From: Gammaproteobacteria bacterium
GTDB taxonomy: Bacteria > Pseudomonadota > Gammaproteobacteria > CBDBNL01 > JAAOII01
DNA length: 64,000 nt
Direction of reading: 5' to 3'
NCBI GenBank assembly: GCA_965207945.1
Contig: OZ242303.1
Coordinates: forward strand, 61,199-125,198
Shown: one piece after another, positions 18,233 to 27,102 of the stretch
How positions within the stretch are numbered: position 1 is the first letter of the stretch
Layout of the letters: every line of letters begins with the position of its first letter
Notes under the pieces: model-generated
What the model was told of the DNA's origin: nothing
The model's input: only the letters and a program-made list of their open reading frames with translations
The model's database searches: none
Made by a program: the position numbers and the translations under genes

Positions 18233-19099
18233 TTAGGGGGTATTGTTAGTCATGCGGGCTACTTTAAAAAGCTTACCATCTTCCAGTCGTTTGGCTGCTA
18301 AGTGTAGTCCCCAAGCACAGCCATAATCCATCGCCAGCATTTTTGCTTGGTTGGTTACGCCGCGGATAGCAGCCCAATGTCCAAAGACAATCAGCGTCTT
18401 TTCTTTTCTGGGATAGTCAAACCATGCTGCGCAGTTGGCGGGTGCTTCATTTGCTGCTCCTGCACTGCTCAGTTCCATCTTACCTTCGGCAGTGCAGAAG
18501 CGCATGCGGGTTAGGTAGTTGATAATTACCCTTAGGCGTTCACTTTCGTTGGATACCTCATCCATAGAAGAGGGCTGGTTGCCATATAGACCGCTCATTA
18601 GTTTTTGCATAGCAATTTGTTGTGTGGGGGCAGAACCAGAGGCATAAGTGCTTTGTAGTTGCTGCTCAGCATATCTGGCAAATCTCGCTGCTTGCTCTAT
18701 GCTCCAAATATGGGGTATTCCAGCATGCACCAAAACATAGTCATCTTGCTTGTTCCAATATAACAGCGATTGATGCAGCAGCCATTCAATTATTTGTTGG
18801 GCATCGCTGGCATCTATAATTTGGTTTAGGGTTGTATCTTGGTTTTTATCTCTGTCGTAGCCGCCAAAGTAAAGGGCGATTAGGTGCAGGTCGTGATTGC
18901 CAAGGACAACTTTCACCTCGGGATTTTCTTGCTGTAAGGAACGGACTAAGTGCACTGTTTTATATGCCTCGCTGCCACGCCCCACTAAGTCGCCAGTGAA
19001 TAGAAGTTTGTCTTGGTTCGGTTGATAGGATATAGCATCAAGCATTTTTGCTAGTTCATCATAGCAGCCATGCACATCGCCAATAAAATAAGATGCCAT
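18233..19099 (-). CDS. apaH: Bis(5'-nucleosyl)-tetraphosphatase (symmetrical).
   Basis: FIGDVHGCYDEL…TGDLVGRG…LGNHDLHL are the ApaH metallophosphatase motifs. Confidence 0.9.
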   Translation of the reverse strand: MASYFIGDVHGCYDELAKMLDAISYQPNQDKLLFTGDLVGRGSEAYKTVHLVRSLQQENPEVKVVLGNHDLHLIALYFGGYDRDKNQDTTLNQIIDASDAQQIIEWLLHQSLLYWNKQDDYVLVHAGIPHIWSIEQAARFARYAEQQLQSTYASGSAPTQQIAMQKLMSGLYGNQPSSMDEVSNESERLRVIINYLTRMRFCTAEGKMELSSAGAANEAPANCAAWFDYPRKEKTLIVFGHWAAIRGVTNQAKMLAMDYGCAWGLHLAAKRLEDGKLFKVARMTNNTP

Positions 19100-19132
19100 G
19101 CTGGATTAACTCCAGCTTTTGTTAGTCATTGA

Positions 19133-19519
19133 TTAATTGATAATTCGCGGTATAGAGAGCGTGAATTTTTTGATCGGAACATTAAATTCCATGCCATCCG
19201 AGCTGCGCATAATGTATTCGCCTTCCATGGTTCCCATCTCGGTATCCAACATTATTCCACTGGTATATGCAAACGAATGATTGGGTTCAATAACGGGCTT
19301 CTTGCCCACCACGCCTTCTCCTTCAACTTCGTGTGATTCGTTGTTGCCATCGGTCACTGTCCACTTACGTCCCACCAGCTGTATATTGTCATCGCACAAG
19401 TTTGTTATGCCGATGGTATATAAGAAGACATAACGATTCTCATTTGGGTTGGATTTTTTTCCATCATATTTTGTGAATATCTCTATTCGCAAAGCTTCGT
19501 CGTCGTGTTTAGAATTCAT
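19133..19519 (-). CDS. apaG: ApaG (DUF525) protein.
   Basis: NENRYVFLYTIGITN…EVEGEGVVGKKPVIEP…YTSG corresponds closely to E. coli ApaG. It sits in the conserved rsmA-apaG-apaH context. Confidence 0.85.
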   Translation of the reverse strand: MNSKHDDEALRIEIFTKYDGKKSNPNENRYVFLYTIGITNLCDDNIQLVGRKWTVTDGNNESHEVEGEGVVGKKPVIEPNHSFAYTSGIMLDTEMGTMEGEYIMRSSDGMEFNVPIKKFTLSIPRIIN

Positions 19520-19577
19520 AACGCTTATTTAAGGTTGTTTAGGTATTATACAAGACATCTGCGTATTTATGCATACT

Positions 19578-20549
19578 TTAACTTAGCGCTCGCATTATGC
19601 TGATGAAGTCAGCGAGGGATGTTTGTTTGGCGCGTTTTTCTGCAAGGTTTAGGTGGTGCAGGGTTTCTTGCTGGTGTAATTCTTTAATGGTATTACGCAG
19701 ATGGCGGTTAGGGCGGGAGAAGGCGGAAGTTATGATACCATTGAGTGTGCGTATTTCTTGCGGGCTAGTTATACTTTCGTATAGGCATGGTGTTAGACGA
19801 ACAAAGGAAGACATTACTTTAGGTGGGGGGACAAAAGAACGGGGCGGTAAGTCAAACAACTTTTCACCCTGAGCCATGGTTTGGCGCATTAAGCTGAGAC
19901 GACAATAGTTGTCGCCGCCCACTGCGGCAAGTAATCTTTGCGCTATTTCTTTTTGCACCAAGAAGTGCATGTCTCTTACATTGATTGCCGCAGTGTTGTT
20001 TGCGGCGGAATTATTAACGCCATCATTGCTTGCGACACTTATCCTCTCGCTGCCGATGCCGAAGTGGGCGAGCAGAAGAAACCGTTCCATTAAGTGCACG
20101 CTGATGTTATAGGGTAAGTTGCCCACTATACGTATTTCTTTTGATTTCGTCTTCGCCCCTGCCTCTATCTTCGTCTCCGTCCCTACCTTTGCCCCTGCCT
20201 TATTGTCCTCGCCCTCACTCTCCCCAGGTAATCCAGCAAACGCATCATCAAGGTTATCCTTTAGAGCATCTGCATTAATGATAGTTAAGTTGTTTATATG
20301 GGAGGTCTTGTCGCGTAAGTTGGTTGCCAGCTGTTGGTCTATTTCTATGGCTGTTATATGCCGACACCTTTCGCTGAGCGGCAGAGTTAGAGCGCCATCA
20401 CCACATCCTATTTCTATAAAAACATCTTCCTTTTGAGGTGCGATTGCTTCAACCAATCTATCCAGCGCATTGGGGTTGCGTAGAAAGTGCTGCCCTAAGC
20501 TCTTGCGCGCTTTTGGCTGATTATTGTTTGCTTGCTTCTTCAATCTCAA
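19578..20549 (-). CDS. rsmA: 16S rRNA (adenine1518/1519-N6)-dimethyltransferase, carrying two low-complexity insertions.
   Basis: LGQHFL…IEIGCGDGALT…GNLPYNIS are the KsgA motifs. 323 aa against ~273 aa typical. The inserts are GLPGESEGEDNKAGAKVGTETKIEAGAKTKSKE and SNDGVNNSAANNTAAIN. Confidence 0.9.
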   Translation of the reverse strand: MRLKKQANNNQPKARKSLGQHFLRNPNALDRLVEAIAPQKEDVFIEIGCGDGALTLPLSERCRHITAIEIDQQLATNLRDKTSHINNLTIINADALKDNLDDAFAGLPGESEGEDNKAGAKVGTETKIEAGAKTKSKEIRIVGNLPYNISVHLMERFLLLAHFGIGSERISVASNDGVNNSAANNTAAINVRDMHFLVQKEIAQRLLAAVGGDNYCRLSLMRQTMAQGEKLFDLPPRSFVPPPKVMSSFVRLTPCLYESITSPQEIRTLNGIITSAFSRPNRHLRNTIKELHQQETLHHLNLAEKRAKQTSLADFISIMRALS

Positions 20550-20550
20550 T

Positions 20551-21807
20551 TTAGTTTTTATGTAATCTCAATGCCAGACGCACTGCATATTCCATGCTGC
20601 CACTATTTGCCTTGCCACTGCCTGCCAATGAGAATGCGGTGCCATGGTCAGGAGATAAACGTAAAAAGGGCAAACCAAAAGTTAACTGTGCCCCCTGGTT
20701 AAATGTTAATGCTTTGAATGGAGTAAGTCCCTGGTCGTGGAACATAGCGATGACGGCGTCATAGTGTGCGAGATTACCTACGGCAAATAACGAGTCCGCT
20801 GCCAATGGGTCGGATACATTTATACCTTCCCCTTGGAGACGGCGAGCTAAGGTCGTCATCCATTGTGCTTCTTCTTCACCAAGCAGCCCCTCTTCACCAG
20901 CATGAGGATTGAGCCCGCATAGCGCCAAGCGGGGAGGGGGCAGTGGGGATGGAGTAGAGGGGGCAGATGTAGAGGGTGATAGAGTAGAGGCGGGCGACGT
21001 GGCGAGGGATGATGCGGTGGCGGGCGATGTGCTGTCTGACGTTGGCGATTTACAACTAAAATACTTTTGCATAATTATGTTGGTGTCGCGGATAGTGCGT
21101 TCCACAAGTTCTGGGTTAAGCTTGTTAGCAATCTCACTCACAGGAATATGCATAGTGGCAAAGGTTACCCGTAACTCTTTATCGCTGCCTACATCATTGC
21201 CTGTATCATAGATCGCGCTGTTTAGTTTTCCGCAAAACATTCTAAGCATCGTTGTTGTCGCTTGAGTTGTTTGGAGTGCTTGATATTCTTGCGATGTAGC
21301 AGGCAAATCTTTTGGCGCAGTTGATAAAAGCGATAAATCTGATGAGCATGTCTCCTGTAAAAATTCACTGAGGCCGATGAAGGGGATGCTCTTGTTGATA
21401 AGCTGCTTGCTTACTGGGGCGGTAACCATTGTGGTGTATTCACGCTTCATGCATAACTGCACTGCTTGCTTAAGCATTCCCAGTAGATAGGGATTATTTT
21501 CTGCATCTGGCTTTCCAGGAGTTACTTCTTTATTGAGTGGCAGATGGATAAAACGGAAGTCGGTATCATTTGTTCTGGCAGTTGTGCTGCCGTTCGTGCT
21601 GCCAGCCATCCCAGATGCCTTGCTTTCCACCTGACTATTTTCCACCCGCTTAAAAGAGACCTTCAGCCCTAATGACTCTGCTCTTTCAGATAGCATATCA
21701 CCATCGCCCATGAACACCAAATCCTGCCGTAGTTCAGATGGCAGCATAAGGCATATATCAGGACCTATACCGGCGGGTTCTCCTGTGGGGATTAGTATTT
21801 CTTGCAT
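20551..21807 (-). CDS. pdxA: 4-hydroxythreonine-4-phosphate dehydrogenase, with a Ser/Thr/Pro-rich insertion.
   Basis: PAGIGPDI…LCGLNPHAGE…DHGTAF are the PdxA motifs. 418 aa against ~330 aa. The insert TSDSTSPATASSLATSPASTLSPSTSAPSTPSPLPPP precedes the catalytic loop. Confidence 0.85.
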   Translation of the reverse strand: MQEILIPTGEPAGIGPDICLMLPSELRQDLVFMGDGDMLSERAESLGLKVSFKRVENSQVESKASGMAGSTNGSTTARTNDTDFRFIHLPLNKEVTPGKPDAENNPYLLGMLKQAVQLCMKREYTTMVTAPVSKQLINKSIPFIGLSEFLQETCSSDLSLLSTAPKDLPATSQEYQALQTTQATTTMLRMFCGKLNSAIYDTGNDVGSDKELRVTFATMHIPVSEIANKLNPELVERTIRDTNIIMQKYFSCKSPTSDSTSPATASSLATSPASTLSPSTSAPSTPSPLPPPRLALCGLNPHAGEEGLLGEEEAQWMTTLARRLQGEGINVSDPLAADSLFAVGNLAHYDAVIAMFHDQGLTPFKALTFNQGAQLTFGLPFLRLSPDHGTAFSLAGSGKANSGSMEYAVRLALRLHKN

Positions 21808-21813
21808 CGTCTT

Positions 21814-22560
21814 CTAAAAATGATAATTAAATAGGGATATCTCCTTGGCGCAACTCCTTGCCACAATGTTTTTTTGCTCTTCATTGTATATATGTTGATA
21901 TTGTAACTTTTCCTTTTTGTTGCTGCGCTTAAGCTTTATGTTTAGTTTGCCACTAAATGGGATGCCAAGTTGTTGGCATACTGCGCCAAAATCATCATCC
22001 AATCTCTCAAATCTCATAACCTTGTCTGCTAATACTTTACCTGAGGCATCACTATAAAAAGAAAAGTCACTTATATATGGCGAGGTTACAGCGCTATGTT
22101 TTATAAACTCATCAAACAGCTCGGGGGATATATTATTGGGTAATTGCTGGTCTTTATTGTGATAACTCCAGCAGTAGCGAGATAGAAGCTTGTCCCAAGG
22201 ATTACGTTCACAACAGAACTTAAAATAACTATTCCAGATATTGCGAGGAATACAATGTTTAATGTCTCGTGCTCTTATATGGTTGAAAAAATTGCCATTA
22301 ATTATCTGCCTCCTTTGCGAGCCGCTAGGGTGATGTTGGATAGGATTTTGCCAGAAGGACATTTCACCGATTCGCAGAGGAAGACGCCACCAAGGGACGG
22401 TTCCCTCCCAATTGCGCGATAGGTCATACTCCGCAGAGGACTGCATGGGCGTTATTATGTCATCTGCGCCACAATGTTGCGCTAAATACGCCTCTATGCT
22501 GCTGCCAGCACACTTGCGTATCTTTATAAAGATGAACTTATGCTTATGTGAAATTATCAT
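21814..22560 (-). CDS. Putative sulfotransferase-family protein (Sulfotransfer_2-like).
   Basis: The N-terminus HKFIFIKIRKCAGSSIE resembles the 5'-phosphosulfate-binding loop (hIPKtgGTS) of carbohydrate sulfotransferases. It sits where surA would lie in the E. coli surA-pdxA-rsmA order, next to tRNA-Leu. Confidence 0.5.
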   Translation of the reverse strand: MIISHKHKFIFIKIRKCAGSSIEAYLAQHCGADDIITPMQSSAEYDLSRNWEGTVPWWRLPLRIGEMSFWQNPIQHHPSGSQRRQIINGNFFNHIRARDIKHCIPRNIWNSYFKFCCERNPWDKLLSRYCWSYHNKDQQLPNNISPELFDEFIKHSAVTSPYISDFSFYSDASGKVLADKVMRFERLDDDFGAVCQQLGIPFSGKLNIKLKRSNKKEKLQYQHIYNEEQKNIVARSCAKEISLFNYHF

Positions 22561-22589
22561 TTATATTGTTATTATAAACTCACTACAAA

Positions 22590-22672
22590 TACCGAGGGCG
22601 AGACTTGAACTCGCACTCCCAAAAGGAACTGGTTTTTGAGACCAGCGCGTCTACCGATTCCGCCACCCCGGC
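22590..22672 (-). tRNA. tRNA-Leu (anticodon CAA), class II with a long variable arm.
   Basis: The reverse complement reads GCCGGGGTGGCGGAATCGGTAGACGCGCTGGTCTCAAAACCAG…GCGAGTTCAAGTCTCGCCCTCGGTA. The anticodon loop is CTCAAAA and the T-arm is GCGAG-TTCAAGT-CTCGC. Confidence 0.8.
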
Positions 22673-23015
22673 TAAAGATGTTGTAGCCCATTATAGCATA
22701 ATCATAAAGGAGGAATACTTGCTTCCTAACGCTTGCATGCACTTATATAGTGGCTTTTAATCAGAAAAATCTCTAAAAATCTTGGAAAAAGCAAAAAATT
22801 AATTATTAATATGCGTTAATAAAGTTAACCTGTGTTATACTTGTAATGTTGTGTTTATTTATTTTGTTGCAACGGGAAATTTAGTGAGAAGTTTAGTGAG
22901 AGATTTGTTATGTTAGTAGTAATGTCGGCAATAAAAACTATGGTCTTCGGATTATGGAGCCGAACAGACCTGGACGAAAGTCCAGGGGTTCAGTCATCGG
23001 ATGCATCTTATTTAT

Positions 23016-24079
23016 GGAGGCATCCGATGACCTTTTTGAAGATTCCAGTTTTATGGACAGGAATCTCACAAACCCAGCAAACCCAGCAAATTAAGTCAAG
23101 CTACTTCAAAGGATTAGTCACTGCCTTTTTAGTAATAGGGCTAACAGCGTCTTTTATGCCGCAGCAGGGGCAAGCAGATGACCTTGACTTTAAGAAAGAG
23201 CGGGGTAAGAATTATGAAGTGATCACGTCCATTGCTCAGCTAGGTGAACCCCTCGCACATATAACGGAGAGCTGTGTTTATGTAAAGAGCCTACTGGGTA
23301 GTGGAACGGATCCTCATTTATATCGTCTTAGTAGAGCCGATGTTCGAAAAATGCATCGCTCTGAGATGGTTCTGTATGTTGGCCATTTATTGGAAGCACA
23401 GATGAAACCATTTCTGCATTTATTATCAATTACCAAACCAGTTCATCCAGTGGGAGAGTTAATAAATCCTAATCTGATGATGGAAGTAGAGCCAGGTATA
23501 CATGACCCTCACCTATGGATGGATCCTGTTTTATGGAGCGAGGTATTACAAGTCGCAATTAATATTATTATCAATCAGTATCCGGCATGTAAAGAAACTA
23601 TAATGGCAAGGGCTAATACGTATTTTTACGAATTGGGGGTGCTCCATGAAAAAACTGAAAAAATATTTCACTTAGTCCCTAAAGAGAAGAGAATATTAGT
23701 TACTTCCCATGATGCTTTTGGTTATTTTGGTGCCCGCTTTGGGATTAAGGTTTTAGCGATTCAAGGGATATCCACTGATAGGCAGATTAGTATCAATAAA
23801 ATAAATTCTTTGGTTGATTCTTTAATTGAATATAACATTAAAAGCGTATTTGTGGAAAGCTCGGTTAGTTCGCGTGATATTCTTGCAGTTATTGAAGGAG
23901 CGGCAAGCAGGGGGCATGAAATAAAAATAGGAGGGACTCTGTATTCTGATGCTATGGGAGAAAGCGGAACTTTGGAAGGAACTTATATGGGTATGTTGGA
24001 ACATAATATACGAACTATTGCAACAGCTTGGGGAGTGGATACTTCCATTTTAGATTCAGTAGCTTTAGACAGCTTATAA
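23016..24079 (+). CDS. Metal (Mn/Zn) ABC transporter substrate-binding protein, TroA/ZnuA family. The ORF is open from 22910, but 23016 is the likely start.
   Basis: The HDPHLWMDP metal-binding-region motif is present. A GGAGG Shine-Dalgarno lies 6 nt before the ATG at 23016, and a signal-peptide-like KGLVTAFLVIGLTASF segment follows. Confidence 0.75.
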
Positions 24080-24117
24080 CCCCTGCACAGGAGGCATCAC
24101 TGGAGGCATCGCAATAG

Positions 24118-24840
24118 ATGAAAGCAAGTAACACGAACATCATTGAGTGTAGCGGCTTGTCAGTTTTTTATGGTAAAAAACAAGTATTGGGAACGTTAAA
24201 CTGTAATTTAAAGCGTGGGGTTAAGATAGGCATTTTGGGACCCAATGGGGCGGGGAAAAGTACATTTCTTAAAGCGATAGTTGGTCTCATTCCGTATAAA
24301 GGAAAGATAATTAAAAACTGTTCATCTTTGGTGTATACTGCGCAACGTCAAGAAATAGATTGGGACTTTCCAGTAACTTGCCGTGATGTAGCTCAAATGG
24401 GATTGTATCGTAACATTGGTTGGTTTAAAAAAGTAACACGTCAGCATAAGGATAAAGCACTTGAAGCATTGAAAGATGTAGGTATGGAGAATTACGCAGA
24501 CACCCCTATAAGCGACCTTTCTGTAGGGCAGCAACAGCGTATCTTTTTAGCGCGCGCTATGGTGGATGATAATGCCGACCTATTTCTTTTTGATGAACCC
24601 TTAGCAGGGGTTGATATGAAAACTGAGCGGGTAATTCAAAACCTGTTCAACCGCCTGATTAAACAAGGCAAGAGTATTCTATGTATTCATCATGACTTAT
24701 ATAGTGCTGCAGTTCATTTTGATTATGGAATACTACTTAATAGCAAGTTGATAGCCAGTGGTCCCATTAACAAGGTTTTATCTGCGACTAACTTACGTCG
24801 CGCTTATGGCAGCGGTATTGTCATTCCTAAATTGCGCTAA
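24118..24840 (+). CDS. Metal ABC transporter ATP-binding protein.
   Basis: Walker A GPNGAGKST, signature LSVGQQQR and Walker B LFLFDEP. Confidence 0.85.
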   Translation: MKASNTNIIECSGLSVFYGKKQVLGTLNCNLKRGVKIGILGPNGAGKSTFLKAIVGLIPYKGKIIKNCSSLVYTAQRQEIDWDFPVTCRDVAQMGLYRNIGWFKKVTRQHKDKALEALKDVGMENYADTPISDLSVGQQQRIFLARAMVDDNADLFLFDEPLAGVDMKTERVIQNLFNRLIKQGKSILCIHHDLYSAAVHFDYGILLNSKLIASGPINKVLSATNLRRAYGSGIVIPKLR

Positions 24841-25745
24841 TGTTTTCTATAGATTATAATTTTCAAGAATTCACCTCAGCCCTATTATTTTCATATTCAT
24901 ATAATTCTGCCGTAGTATCCAGCGCGGTCATGATGCAGGGTATTGCGTCTGGTATTTTAGGTGCCTACTTATTATATAGACGTAAAGCGTTGTTGGCAGA
25001 TGCGCTAAGTCATGCATCTCTTCCAGGTGTTGGCTTGGGTTTCTTGGTGGCGCATTTCTTCTTGGGGGGTACTCGCGAGGAATGGGTAATTATTGCAGGA
25101 GCTTTCGTTACTATTTTTATATGTCTAATTTTCATTAATTTCTTAACCCGTCATATAAAACAGGATGCCGCCTTAGCTCTTTCCCTCAGTAGCTTCTATG
25201 GCTTGGGGATAGTGTTGCTTAGTTATATCCAAAGCATTCCCAGTGGCGCCAAAGCCGGTTTGGAAACATTTATTTTAGGACAGAGCGCCACAATCAATTT
25301 AGCAGAAGCGCAGCTTATTGGCTTGGGTGCTTTGGTAGTGGTGCTAATGTGCGTTCTTTTTTATAAAGAATTACAATTGTTATGTTTTGATGAAATATTT
25401 GCCTTGTCTCAGGGCTACAGAGTTCGGCTGTTAGATTTTGTAATAACCCTGCTGGCAGTTATTGTTATAGCGATCGGAATGAAGGCGATGGGTTTAATTC
25501 TTATTATGGGGTTATTAACTATTCCACCTTTAACCTCGGCTTTGATATTTAAGAACTGGCATACTTTCTTAATTAGCTCAGCCACCATAGGCGGGTTGAG
25601 CTGTCATTTAGGAGCTGCAATAAGTACTGGGCTGGAGGGCATTCCCACTGGGGTGTCAATAATATTGGTGTGCGCTTTTTTCTATATCATTGGCTTATTA
25701 TGGTCGTTTAATAAAAATGTCATTCACAGATTTTTGGCTAATTGA
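24840..25745 (+). CDS. Metal ABC transporter permease (ABC-3 family, TroC/ZnuB-like).
   Basis: A multi-transmembrane protein with a typical ABC-3 N-terminus (…LADALSHASLPGV). Its start overlaps the upstream stop as TAATG. Confidence 0.85.
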   Translation: MFSIDYNFQEFTSALLFSYSYNSAVVSSAVMMQGIASGILGAYLLYRRKALLADALSHASLPGVGLGFLVAHFFLGGTREEWVIIAGAFVTIFICLIFINFLTRHIKQDAALALSLSSFYGLGIVLLSYIQSIPSGAKAGLETFILGQSATINLAEAQLIGLGALVVVLMCVLFYKELQLLCFDEIFALSQGYRVRLLDFVITLLAVIVIAIGMKAMGLILIMGLLTIPPLTSALIFKNWHTFLISSATIGGLSCHLGAAISTGLEGIPTGVSIILVCAFFYIIGLLWSFNKNVIHRFLAN

Positions 25746-26634
25746 TTTTGCCCCTTTGCTTGCTGCTATTCTTAGCGGAATTTGCTGCGCTTTATGCGGC
25801 AATTTTTTGTTAGTGCGGGGGCATAGTATGACGGTGGACGCGCTTTCTCACATGGTATTGCCAGGGATGGTTGTTGCATTTTTTATTGCTGGAAGCATCT
25901 CTTTTTTCTATATGTTTTGGGGGGCATTGGCTGCGGCGCTTATCGGCATTATTCTCATTGAGCTGTTAAGCCGCATTCAAGATAGAAACGCAGTTATGGG
26001 CATGATATTTAGTGTGATGTTTGCTATGGGTATTTTGTTACTAGAACTTTTTGTTGACCGCAGAGTTCACTTTGATGTAACTCATATTCTATTTGGCAGT
26101 TTAGAATCAGTTTATTGGGTTGGTTTAGGAACGCCTGATATAGGCGTATGGGATCTGCTTGGGTACATCCCGTCTTCTATTGCGGTGCTTATCTTTCTTG
26201 TTGGGTTAATATCTTTATTGATAATATTATTTTATAAAGAGTTATTGTTAGTATGCTTTGACTATGAATTTGCGCGCTGCACTATTAAAGGAGCTCGTTT
26301 AATTTATTATGCCATCCCTATTATAATTACGATGACTGTAGTAGGTGCCTTTAGATTAGTGGGATTAATATTAATTGTGGGAATGTTTATAATCCCGCCG
26401 CTTATTGCTTCTTTATTTGCGAAATCCATAGTGTCGCGCATATTTATTAGTTGCTTGCTCTCGGTGGTGTTATGCATAGCAGGTTATAGCATAGCGGTTT
26501 ATGTTCCCATTTATATGCTCAATGAGGGCTTTAGCTTAAATGTTGGAGGGACTATTGTTACTACAGGAGGGGTATTATTATTTTTAATGCTTTTGTGTAA
26601 GCAATTATTTATTACGACAACAAAAACGACTTAG
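25717..26634 (+). CDS. Second metal ABC transporter permease (ABC-3 family, TroD-like). The ORF is open from a TTG at 25690; the ATG at 25717 is preferred.
   Basis: It is paralogous to the upstream permease (…VDALSHMVLPGM…) and overlaps it by 29 nt. Confidence 0.8.
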   Translation: MSFTDFWLIDFAPLLAAILSGICCALCGNFLLVRGHSMTVDALSHMVLPGMVVAFFIAGSISFFYMFWGALAAALIGIILIELLSRIQDRNAVMGMIFSVMFAMGILLLELFVDRRVHFDVTHILFGSLESVYWVGLGTPDIGVWDLLGYIPSSIAVLIFLVGLISLLIILFYKELLLVCFDYEFARCTIKGARLIYYAIPIIITMTVVGAFRLVGLILIVGMFIIPPLIASLFAKSIVSRIFISCLLSVVLCIAGYSIAVYVPIYMLNEGFSLNVGGTIVTTGGVLLFLMLLCKQLFITTTKTT

Positions 26635-26650
26635 TTGGAATTCTTGCGAC

Positions 26651-27067
26651 TCAGTTTGAATTATAACGGGTAAACTTTTCCAGGCAGCTCAGGGATTCTT
26701 CACTGAGATAATGCTCAAGTCCTTCGGCATCCTGCTCTGCATTTTCCTTGCTTACCCCTAATGATAATAAAAACTTAACTACCAGTTCATGACGTTTGGC
26801 GCACTTTTCTGCCAACTCTTGCCCCTCATCAGTTAAGAAAACGGAGCGATAAGGGTCGGAGCGAACCAGCCCTTCTTTCTTTAAACGAGCAACCGCTCCA
26901 TTAACTGCTGATTGAGAAACACCAAAAGCAGTAGCCAAATCAGTTGAACGCGCTTCACCTTTTTCTGCAATTAAAGATGCAATCATTTCTACATAGTCCT
27001 CTTGCAATTCTTTACTTTGTGCCTCGCGGGTCTTGTTAAATCTAAGATATGTTTTATCTTGTTCCAT
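26651..27067 (-). CDS. DtxR/MntR-family metal-dependent transcriptional regulator.
   Basis: 138 aa with an N-terminal winged helix-turn-helix (IASLIAEKGEARSTDLATAFGVSQSAVNGAVARL) and a C-terminal metal-binding/dimerisation helix region. It is divergent from the adjacent metal importer operon. Confidence 0.8.
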   Translation of the reverse strand: MEQDKTYLRFNKTREAQSKELQEDYVEMIASLIAEKGEARSTDLATAFGVSQSAVNGAVARLKKEGLVRSDPYRSVFLTDEGQELAEKCAKRHELVVKFLLSLGVSKENAEQDAEGLEHYLSEESLSCLEKFTRYNSN

Positions 27068-27102
27068 AATAGCTTTTTATATTATAAGGCATTGGTAGTG
27101 CG

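Noticed and set aside
22412-22639. 75-aa plus-strand ORF overlapping the sulfotransferase start and the tRNA-Leu gene.
   Set aside because: It overlaps a tRNA on the opposite strand and a better-supported CDS, and has no ribosome-binding site. It is spurious.
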